DNA of 64,000 nucleotides from a virus: the IMG/VR virus record IMGVR_UViG_3300027747_004417, one strand, 5' to 3'. Below the pieces are notes generated by a model. The model worked only from the letters and a program-made list of their open reading frames with translations, searched no databases and was not told the origin of the DNA. The position numbers were made by a program, and so were the translations under genes. Each line of letters starts with the position of its first letter. Positions within the stretch are counted from its first letter, which is position 1. This document shows, piece after piece, positions 53,975-61,403 of the stretch.

Positions 53975-54711
53975 TCATGCACCTGTAGTGAACTTTTTTC
54001 TGATAAAAACACATTCTCGCCAAACGCAAGCTCAAACCATATATTGTATATCCCTACGTCCATATTAGTAGTGTCTATAAAATAATAGGCGTACATCTTT
54101 TCTCTGTAATCCACGAGTTGCCGATCTACTATTAAACGTAAGTCCTGCTCGGTGGGGACACAATCTCCACAAGCAATTTCTATCGATACTCTTAAATCTG
54201 AGACTATGGCAAGGTTTTCGTAGTAGTTTTGTACATCGGCACCTCGTGGTACATTTGGAGATACCTGTATTAGAAGGTATCTCTTTGTTCCTTTTCTAAT
54301 TCTGTTTGGTCTAAAGTTAAAATTAAAGTCATATATTGGTGGTATAGAGGTTGTGAACCAAAGGTCTGGGTATATCTTAAAGTTGTTGGATATTGTCGCT
54401 GTACATAGATCATTATCCTCAAATTTAACAGTCCATTTGTCTACATAATCCCCTATAACATATAGAGGATCCTCAGCAGTGATGGTCAACAAATATTGAC
54501 CTGTGTCTTCTTTTGTTACATCTGTCCCGTTTAATATCTGAATCAGCCTTAAACCTTGAGGATTTTCCTGCGACCTCTCTTGAGGATCTAATACATAAAT
54601 CTCTACTTTTTCTATTTCTTTTACGTCTGTTCTGTTGTTACTGTTATAAGTAAACAACCTTAGATTTATTTCGTCCCCAACTGCTGGATTTTGATATCTT
54701 TCTTTGGACAT
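53971..54711 (-). CDS. hypothetical protein, probably baseplate/structural
   Basis: 246 aa, Ig-like beta pattern, lies in tail cluster. Confidence 0.6.
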   Translation of the reverse strand: MSKERYQNPAVGDEINLRLFTYNSNNRTDVKEIEKVEIYVLDPQERSQENPQGLRLIQILNGTDVTKEDTGQYLLTITAEDPLYVIGDYVDKWTVKFEDNDLCTATISNNFKIYPDLWFTTSIPPIYDFNFNFRPNRIRKGTKRYLLIQVSPNVPRGADVQNYYENLAIVSDLRVSIEIACGDCVPTEQDLRLIVDRQLVDYREKMYAYYFIDTTNMDVGIYNIWFELAFGENVFLSEKSSLQVHE

Positions 54712-54714
54712 TTA

Positions 54715-54948
54715 CTACTTTCTCCTAGACTGTGCCCGCTTTCTAGCGTTTTCCATCGCTGCGTTTTCACTTTCCTTTTGCTCTATAAATCTATCAATCA
54801 TCCAACGTCGCATGTTTAGCGGAAGACGCATTGACTTCTCCATATCCAAATGTAAGTGGTATTGGAAGAAGAATACTTCTTCTGCTAGACTTTTCCAGAG
54901 CTCTAGACTTGGCTGACTCCCTTCTTGCGACGCGGGAAGAAAAAATTT
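54715..54948 (-). CDS. start-less -1-frame extension of the gp26-like gene (tail-chaperone GT-like)
   Basis: Open -1 frame KFFLPASQEGSQPSLELWKSLAEEVFFFQYHLHLDMEKSMRLPLNMRRWMIDRFIEQKESENAAMENARKRAQSRRK*, bounded upstream by TGA. Confidence 0.75.
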   Translation of the reverse strand, partial: KFFLPASQEGSQPSLELWKSLAEEVFFFQYHLHLDMEKSMRLPLNMRRWMIDRFIEQKESENAAMENARKRAQSRRK

Positions 54949-55985
54949 GCTTCAAGCGGCAAGTCTATCGAGAACTCAGCAAAACATGACGGGCAGTTTA
55001 TAGAAATGTTTGTATCAACGCCAAAAGGTGGTTCGTTAATACAGTTTCTTACATAAGAAACATCGCTTATTGGAAGGCTCTTAAGCAATATCTGCAATTC
55101 ATTCTTGTTAGATATGCCATCGATTTCTTCTAAAAGCTCAGCAGTTCTATAGGTTAGAGTATCGTCTGCGGCAGAGTCTCCGAAGGCCTTTACTCTTCTT
55201 TCACGATGATCATTAATATTCTGCTCATCTTGTCCTGTTGACAGTCTATATGAGAATGGCAACTTTGTCGTTGGGAGAGTGTCCTGGAGTACAGGGCCGT
55301 ACTCATCGGGGCAACCTTCTACATAAAGTGAATTTAAATCTATTGTGGTGGAGAACTTTGCTTCGCACTCTGGGCACTTTATTTCAACTTCATATTTTGG
55401 ACTGTAGGATATACCTCTTAGATAAATTAACAGGAAGGTTCTATCAATTGTTAAGAGACCTTCTGGTCTGAACTGACTGCTTTCTTTGATGCACTTAGAA
55501 AAGATCATGTTAATTGCTTGACCCTTTCTAACAAACCTTGGAGTGGCTAGTATTTGTTCTTCTTCACCGGTCATTGGTCTTATGTGAAGGACACCATCAG
55601 ATGGGCCGTTTTCTCCATCATAGAACTTGCCCTTTGAAGGTAGTTGTACTTCCTCATAAACAGCACTAGATCCTTTGATGACCTCAAGAAGCTCCTTTAA
55701 GTGGCCGCTGCTTGCTTCTCTCTTTTCAAAGGAACTCATTTTTGCTTGCTGTGGTCTCTTATTTGTGCTCGTAGTCGTTGGCTCTTCTACGTTTTGTATT
55801 TCGTTTCCGCCTCTTGCCTGCTTTAGTGCTTGTGCAAACTCTGGTGGAACGTTTCCTTGGATGTTAAAGCCGCCAACCTCTGAAGCCTGTGCTCCGTCTG
55901 CACCTTTTCTCATAGATTGTGCTGCTTCCAAATCATTACCTTCTGCGTTATCTGCTCTCTTTGGTCTGAAAGTTTCGTCGGCCAT
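54903..55985 (-). CDS. gp26: baseplate hub / tail assembly chaperone (T4 gp26-like)
   Basis: EVQLPSKGKFY, IRPMTGEEEQIL, LLTIDRTFLLIYLRGISY, IKCPEC, CPSC, ...NFFFP. Confidence 0.75.
   Translation of the reverse strand: MADETFRPKRADNAEGNDLEAAQSMRKGADGAQASEVGGFNIQGNVPPEFAQALKQARGGNEIQNVEEPTTTSTNKRPQQAKMSSFEKREASSGHLKELLEVIKGSSAVYEEVQLPSKGKFYDGENGPSDGVLHIRPMTGEEEQILATPRFVRKGQAINMIFSKCIKESSQFRPEGLLTIDRTFLLIYLRGISYSPKYEVEIKCPECEAKFSTTIDLNSLYVEGCPDEYGPVLQDTLPTTKLPFSYRLSTGQDEQNINDHRERRVKAFGDSAADDTLTYRTAELLEEIDGISNKNELQILLKSLPISDVSYVRNCINEPPFGVDTNISINCPSCFAEFSIDLPLEANFFFPRRKKGVSQV
54939..54948 (-). other. -1 ribosomal frameshift slippery site A AAT TTT TTC
   Basis: Two overlapping X XXY YYZ heptamers (A AAT TTT and T TTT TTC) at the start of the open -1 frame. 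Confidence 0.7.
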
Positions 55986-56035
55986 TTTTTCTCCTTTTAT
56001 ACTAGCTTATTTTAAGGTCAAACTAAAATAGTGTC

Positions 56036-56389
56036 ATGGAAATAAATTTAAAAAACGTTGAAGAAATAATTTTTTTCGATAAAAAAATGCCAGAGATTCT
56101 GCCGGAATTCAGGCACTTTCTTGATCAATGGAGACTTGGAAAGACCATACCCGCCCTAGGTGGATTAGGTACAAAAAGTGTACTAGACCTACTCAACTCA
56201 CTGCAGACAGAACACATAAAGAGACTAGAAGATTATTTTGGGACTTCTGTGTTTGTAGATAAGTTAGAGCCTAGCATTGTTAAAAATCATAGTATAAAAG
56301 TTGATGACACACTTTGCGGCTTCACCCAATTTAAGAGCTTTTGTGTTTCTAGAAACAGTAAAGATTTACTTTTGACTTTCTGGCGATGA
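56036..56389 (+). CDS. hypothetical protein
   Basis: 117 aa, divergent from gp26-like gene. Confidence 0.7.
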   Translation: MEINLKNVEEIIFFDKKMPEILPEFRHFLDQWRLGKTIPALGGLGTKSVLDLLNSLQTEHIKRLEDYFGTSVFVDKLEPSIVKNHSIKVDDTLCGFTQFKSFCVSRNSKDLLLTFWR

Positions 56390-56727
56390 TGTCTAAAATA
56401 GGAGATGATATGAATTTGTTAATGTTTATATTGAGCACAATTGGATTGACCCACTTGATCGTTGATGGATCAATTTTTGAAGGCTTGAGAGCTTTTATAA
56501 GAAGCACATCCAGCAGATTAAAAGTTGAACATCTAGGAAGAATAGTTGACTGCCACCTCTGTGCAGGAACATGGTGCGGTTTTTTCATGGGCTACGTTTG
56601 GATCTCAAAAGACCCTGTTGAGGTGTTTGCTTGTGGTTGCGCTGGTGCATTCTTAGCAAATTTTGGGGCTTCAGTTATCAATTGGTTAGAGGCAGCAACA
56701 ATAGTCAATCTTCCACAAGATGAATAA
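56386..56727 (+). CDS. membrane protein, DUF1360-like
   Basis: LTHLIVDGSIFEGLR...DCHLCAGTWCG plus TM segments. Confidence 0.65.
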   Translation: MMSKIGDDMNLLMFILSTIGLTHLIVDGSIFEGLRAFIRSTSSRLKVEHLGRIVDCHLCAGTWCGFFMGYVWISKDPVEVFACGCAGAFLANFGASVINWLEAATIVNLPQDE

Positions 56728-57001
56728 GTACATTTTTTACTGTGACCATTGTTCTTTCAAAAAGATTATAAATGAAAACTCCGATTTAGAGGGTTTTGTT
56801 TTTGTTAAATCGTCACCCGTACAGATCAAGATCCCCAAGATGGACCCAGCAACAGGGGCGATTGTAGAACCTTCAAGTAGAGACCAGCCCAAAAAAATTA
56901 AGTGCCCTAAGTGCGGTTTTTCTAATAGACCCAAATCAATTAATGAGGAGTCAAAAAATGAGCAGGCCAATAACGCTGATGGACGTGAAACAGGCTCTTA
57001 G
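56720..57001 (+). CDS. Zn-ribbon protein
   Basis: CDHC and CPKCG. Confidence 0.7.
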   Translation: MNKYIFYCDHCSFKKIINENSDLEGFVFVKSSPVQIKIPKMDPATGAIVEPSSRDQPKKIKCPKCGFSNRPKSINEESKNEQANNADGRETGS

Positions 57002-57338
57002 AGATTCAAGATTTAGAGAAAGTCTACCTAAAGAGTTTGAAGAAGAAGTAAGGAAGTACCAGCAAAACCCTGGTTGTGCGTGTAATGTTCCTTTGTATAA
57101 AAAGATAATCACAGAAGCTAAAGGGCCATTGCAAGCTTATTTTCCGAATAAGTCGATTGTCACTTTGGAAGAAGATGCTAAGAAATTAGCAGAAAATAAT
57201 TTCTCTGTTATCAGCTGCAGCATACACGAACTAGAATCCGAACTTAAAAAACTTCCTATAGGAAGGAAGCAGATAGCCGTAGCTCGATATGAAGATCAGG
57301 TTACTGTTGTAATTAACGAGCTAGACTTTATTTACTAG
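56958..57338 (+). CDS. hypothetical protein
   Basis: GAGGAG RBS before ATG 56958; contains NPGCACN. Confidence 0.7.
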   Translation: MSRPITLMDVKQALRDSRFRESLPKEFEEEVRKYQQNPGCACNVPLYKKIITEAKGPLQAYFPNKSIVTLEEDAKKLAENNFSVISCSIHELESELKKLPIGRKQIAVARYEDQVTVVINELDFIY

Positions 57339-58290
57339 CTGTGTAAACTTGTGTGTTTTCTTTTATATTCTCACAGGCATCTATCATTTTCAATGGATAC
57401 TTTTTGTACTTGGAGATTTCAATTGGAAGCTCATCGTCGTCTATCCTTCTAGATCCTAGTATTAAGGCGTTTTCATAGAAGTTCTTAGCCCTTTGAAGAT
57501 CGTTGTTTTTATAAAATATATCTCCGAGCATACACCAGAATTCTGCCATTAAAGGCTTTTCCGCTATACAGGATGTTATGTACCTTAATGCTCCTTCATA
57601 GTCATATTCTGATTTGACATATGATTTGACCATAGATAGGTAATACCTAGTCATTAAAGATGATGGTCTGTTTGAGGTGCTTTTATAAAGGTAAGTTTCG
57701 CCTGTGTTTACGAAGTTTTTCCATTCTTTTCTTAAAAGATGTATGCAAGACAAGTAGTATAATGGTTCGTCGTGTGTTGGGCTTCTAACCCTCCACTCAT
57801 TAAGTATCTTTATCTTATCTTCATCCAAGTACTCTTTGTTTGGAGTTATATAAACTTCTAAGTTTGTGGCACCTTCACCGGGATCGGCAGACTCAAATAT
57901 GGGATTCTTGAATCTTATATTTTTGTTCTTATGCCATATTCTTAATTCTTTGGTTATTAAATCGCCATTAATTTTTTTGATTCTATATGTTACGTTTTCA
58001 TCCGATAGGTCTATTTTATCTGGAAATGACACTATGGATTCATAAGGTTCTAAGAACATCATCCATGATTTGTTGTACTTTATCATGTAGTTTTTTGCTT
58101 CACTAAAGTCGTTTTTGAACGGAACATTAACTACTTCTACTTTTTTAAAACTTTTGCATGTGTTTATAACGTCTACCGAAGATCCTGCGTCCCCTATTAT
58201 TATTTTATCACATAATGGATATATTTGTTTTATAGAGTCTTCTATTGTCCTCTCGTTGTTTTTAACTAAAATATTAATTGTCAGCGACAT
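57328..58290 (-). CDS. GT2-like glycosyltransferase with C-terminal TPR
   Basis: LTINILVKNNE.TI...I..L.D.IIIGDAGS...F.NDFSEAKN; TPR-like AEFWCMLGDIFY...A..FYENAL. Confidence 0.75.
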   Translation of the reverse strand: MSLTINILVKNNERTIEDSIKQIYPLCDKIIIGDAGSSVDVINTCKSFKKVEVVNVPFKNDFSEAKNYMIKYNKSWMMFLEPYESIVSFPDKIDLSDENVTYRIKKINGDLITKELRIWHKNKNIRFKNPIFESADPGEGATNLEVYITPNKEYLDEDKIKILNEWRVRSPTHDEPLYYLSCIHLLRKEWKNFVNTGETYLYKSTSNRPSSLMTRYYLSMVKSYVKSEYDYEGALRYITSCIAEKPLMAEFWCMLGDIFYKNNDLQRAKNFYENALILGSRRIDDDELPIEISKYKKYPLKMIDACENIKENTQVYTASK

Positions 58291-58438
58291 TTTTTTTAAA
58301 CTTTATCTCTAATAGTTTTAGAAAAGCTTCTGATTCATTTTTAAGTCCTAACTTTTCATAGAAATTTTGTAAATCTCTATAGAATTTAGGTGCCTCAGGG
58401 TTTTTGATTAACTCGTACAATATTTCATAAACTTCCAT
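58274..58438 (-). CDS. small hypothetical protein (54 aa, not in ORF track)
   Basis: Hand-translated MEVYEILYELIKNPEAPKFYRDL...KNVADN*; overlaps GT2 start. Confidence 0.6.
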   Translation of the reverse strand: MEVYEILYELIKNPEAPKFYRDLQNFYEKLGLKNESEAFLKLLEIKFKKNVADN

Positions 58439-58451
58439 AACCTAATTAAGT

Positions 58452-59315
58452 ATGAAAAAAGATTTTGCTCCGCTAAGAAATACCAGACAAGAATTAAAGC
58501 CTTGGGAAGGATCTTGTCCAAAGAAACCCTGGGAGTACAAGATAACCGCAGTTATACCTTGTTTAGACACTTTTGAGCCCGTGTCTCTCTGCGTAGAACT
58601 CTTAAGGCTACAAACAGAAAAACCTTTTATTATTATCGTTGATACTGGTTCTTCTAAACAAGAGCTTGAGAAAATAGAGGCGTTAAGAGATAACGATATT
58701 GAGGTGCATTGTTTTAAGTTTAATGGTCTTATGCATCCTTCCGACTTTCCTGCAATAGCTATGGACTTTGCGTTCTCAGCCTGCAGGACCGAATTCTTAT
58801 TTGCGACACATGCTGATTGTTTTTTGAGAAAAAGAAGCTTTTTAGAAGATTTGTTGACCTTGTGTCCATCTAAATCACCTGTTGTTGGCTATGAAATTAG
58901 TCCTAGAAAGCATTCTGACTGGAAGGGTATGGTCTCACACACAGCAACCATGTACCACATGCCAGTCATGGACAAAATAGGTTTTGGGTGGAGCCTAAGA
59001 AGGTTGGCTAATTACTATAATATTGTTGACTATAAGCCCTGCCCAACAAGACCTGGTTGGCCAGATACGGAGATTTTGGGCAACTACATACTTAGAAAAA
59101 ACAATATAACTCCTTACTTGATAGGAAAAGAACTAAATTTTCAAAGGAAAAAAGACGATAACATCGACCACTTCAGGAGTTTTACAAGCGGAAAGCTCTA
59201 CAGTGAGTCTTATTTTAATTTAGCCTCTGACTGGTATGTTGAAGCTAAAGAAGAAGCGAATGACAGAATAAAGCTGTGGGCTAAAGACGAATCAAAGGAG
59301 ATTAATGTCAACTGA
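58452..59315 (+). CDS. GT2-family glycosyltransferase
   Basis: ITAVIPCLD, IIIVDTGS, FLFATHADCFL. Confidence 0.8.
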   Translation: MKKDFAPLRNTRQELKPWEGSCPKKPWEYKITAVIPCLDTFEPVSLCVELLRLQTEKPFIIIVDTGSSKQELEKIEALRDNDIEVHCFKFNGLMHPSDFPAIAMDFAFSACRTEFLFATHADCFLRKRSFLEDLLTLCPSKSPVVGYEISPRKHSDWKGMVSHTATMYHMPVMDKIGFGWSLRRLANYYNIVDYKPCPTRPGWPDTEILGNYILRKNNITPYLIGKELNFQRKKDDNIDHFRSFTSGKLYSESYFNLASDWYVEAKEEANDRIKLWAKDESKEINVN

Positions 59316-59844
59316 GTACTTGAACAACAAAACTTTTGAAAGACTCATCATACAGTTCCAAAAATGCAAGAAGCAAAAAATAAAATATCAATACTTTATG
59401 CAAGATATAAAGGATACGGAGAATAAGACCAAGCCAAGAGGCAGCTACACTAAGCCGGAACTATGGTTAAACATTGAAAAAGAATTTTATTCAGCCTCCA
59501 CAGATTACCAGGACTCCCAGAAGGAGCTTGCTATAGCTTTCTACACCCTGTCAGAGAATATTGTACGCTATGCAAAGTTTAATTTAATAGACATAGATGA
59601 CGCGGTTCAAGAAGGCGTTATGATATGCTTTGAGAAAATAGATAGATTCGATCCAGAAAAAGGTAAGGCATTCAATTATATGACCACCTGTATTCTGAAT
59701 CACTTTAGGCAGATGTATAGAACTGCTAGGAATTATAATGAATTAAAAAGGAGATACTTAGATTGGATAAGGATTCAGACTGAGAAGCAACAGCCACAAG
59801 GCAAAAAAGGTATTTTTAAGAAGCATAATATGTCTAATGACTGA
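59305..59844 (+). CDS. phage RNA polymerase sigma factor (sigma70 region 2; gp55-like late sigma candidate)
   Basis: DDAVQEGVMICFEKIDRFDPEKGKAFNYMTTCILNHFRQ. Confidence 0.88.
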   Translation: MSTEYLNNKTFERLIIQFQKCKKQKIKYQYFMQDIKDTENKTKPRGSYTKPELWLNIEKEFYSASTDYQDSQKELAIAFYTLSENIVRYAKFNLIDIDDAVQEGVMICFEKIDRFDPEKGKAFNYMTTCILNHFRQMYRTARNYNELKRRYLDWIRIQTEKQQPQGKKGIFKKHNMSND

Positions 59845-59886
59845 CACTTGATTATTTAAAACTAGATTGTACAATATAATGTATAA

Positions 59887-60153
59887 TTGGAACAAATAAT
59901 GAAAAACAATCCATTTGATCAAATAGAAAGCCTAGAACTTATACAAAAGTTGATAGACAATGGCTTTGGAAAAATAGTTGATGCTTTTTTGCTTAACGAC
60001 TCTAAGGTCTATACTAAAAAAGGAAGACTTAATAAGAGCGGAGCCTGTAGGGTTCTTAAATGTAAGCCTAAGGACTTAGAGGATGCAATAGCTGCCTGCC
60101 AAAATCTTTTAAATAAAGATATGTCTTTAGAAAAAGACAAGGAAGAAGAATAA
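59887..60153 (+). CDS. small HTH-like protein
   Basis: KKGRLNKSGACRVLKCKPKDL. Confidence 0.65.
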   Translation: MEQIMKNNPFDQIESLELIQKLIDNGFGKIVDAFLLNDSKVYTKKGRLNKSGACRVLKCKPKDLEDAIAACQNLLNKDMSLEKDKEEE

Positions 60154-60162
60154 TCTTCAAGC

Positions 60163-60669
60163 CTACTCTATGTAGGCCCTGTCATATCTTAGAGTCAAGT
60201 CGCAGGTTAGTATTTCGCTGCTTTGCATATCAAGGTCACCAAACTCTATGTTTTGTGGATAGACGTTTTCATATATCCATGTTTCTATAACTTTGCCACA
60301 ACCATCATACAGTTCTAGGGTTGCTCTATCTTTCTTAAACCCTTCACATGAATAAAGGTAGCTCCCTTTCTGTGGGTCATACAGCTCCTTAATCCATTTC
60401 ATGACAGGATGTTCAGGTTTTTTAATGTCATACAAAGATAAGGTTATTGGCTTCCAATCCGGCTTACCAGGAAAGTATATGGTCTCAGATACATGCTGAG
60501 CTTCCATTTCTTTAAAGCTTAAGCTTGGACGTGCCGACTTTGAAGGAGGCAATGTGCTTATCCCTTGTGCACTTACTTGTGGGATTATTAGAAGCCACCT
60601 AAATTTTCTTTTAAAGCACACATCATCATCGCCTAATCCAAAATCCGGACCCATTGTGCTTCTAGCCAT
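60163..60669 (-). CDS. gp19: tail tube protein (T4 gp19-like), paralogue 2
   Basis: FKRKFRW, SARPSLSF.E, PGK.DWKPITLSLYD, LELYDGCG...ETW...VYP....GDLD, LTLRYD. Confidence 0.9.
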   Translation of the reverse strand: MARSTMGPDFGLGDDDVCFKRKFRWLLIIPQVSAQGISTLPPSKSARPSLSFKEMEAQHVSETIYFPGKPDWKPITLSLYDIKKPEHPVMKWIKELYDPQKGSYLYSCEGFKKDRATLELYDGCGKVIETWIYENVYPQNIEFGDLDMQSSEILTCDLTLRYDRAYIE

Positions 60670-60680
60670 TCTTTATCTCC

Positions 60681-60724
60681 AAAAAAATAACCTCGTACCT
60701 ATCTATTAGATAAGTACGAGGTTT
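60681..60724 (-). terminator. intrinsic terminator between the two tube genes
   Basis: AACCTCGTAC/GTACGAGGTT stem with TATCT/AGATA inner stem; T run follows on the minus strand. Confidence 0.75.
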
Positions 60725-60752
60725 TATATTCCAATTAAAATACTGCCAAATC

Positions 60753-61370
60753 TCAGCAACCAGCGCAGCAAGGAGTAACGCTTCCACCACAACGTGGTGT
60801 GTACTGTACTTCACTGTAACGCAAGGTTAGCTCTAGTGTAACTTCTTCTGAGGAAGAATAATCTAGCTCACCAAAGTTAACGGCTTGGGGCCAAACGTGA
60901 TTTAGCTCCCATGATTCCATCGAAGTTCCGCAACCATCGTATAGGTCTAAGTAAGCAGTAGCTGCGTAACCGTTACCGCCGCCGCCTCTTTGGCCTTTCT
61001 TTGATGATTGTGAATAAGGAACTTGCTGACCTGTGAAATTGTAAGTTGTAGCAAGCCAACTCCACAAGGCTGTTGCTCCCTGAGCAGTGTCTTGTCCACC
61101 TAAGTCGTAGAAGGTAACCGTGATGGTTTCCCAACTCGCCTTACCTGGAATCCACATCTTGCTATTCAAGAAGTTAATTTCAGTTTCTTCAATTGTCAAA
61201 TTGGGTCTGGATGCTACTTTCACGAAGAAGGGAGGTATACGACCACCTGAGCAATTTGTCTTTAGCTCGAAGGTCCACCTATACTTCCTCTTGAAAACTA
61301 CATTGTCTCCACCGAGTGCATCCATACCCATGTCATTAAGTCTAGCACCTGGTGCGAAATTATTTGGCAT
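60753..61370 (-). CDS. gp19: tail tube protein (T4 gp19-like), paralogue 1
   Basis: FKRKYRWTF, ASRPNL..EE, PGKASWETITVTFYD, LDLYDGCG...ESWEL..VWP..VNFGELDY, LTLRY. Confidence 0.93.
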   Translation of the reverse strand: MPNNFAPGARLNDMGMDALGGDNVVFKRKYRWTFELKTNCSGGRIPPFFVKVASRPNLTIEETEINFLNSKMWIPGKASWETITVTFYDLGGQDTAQGATALWSWLATTYNFTGQQVPYSQSSKKGQRGGGGNGYAATAYLDLYDGCGTSMESWELNHVWPQAVNFGELDYSSSEEVTLELTLRYSEVQYTPRCGGSVTPCCAGC

Positions 61371-61403
61371 ATTTTAATTCTCCTTTTTTGCTGCTTTATA
61401 AGA

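Noticed and set aside
54885-54905. TAG read-through or recoded genetic code as explanation for the gp26 extension
   Set aside because: Frame 0 hits a second TAG five codons later and the conserved-looking sequence is in the -1 frame; long genes elsewhere are intact in code 11 and TAG ends several genes cleanly
54704-54916. 70-aa plus-strand ORF in the track
   Set aside because: Antisense to the -1 frameshift extension, which fits the minus-strand operon and codon pattern
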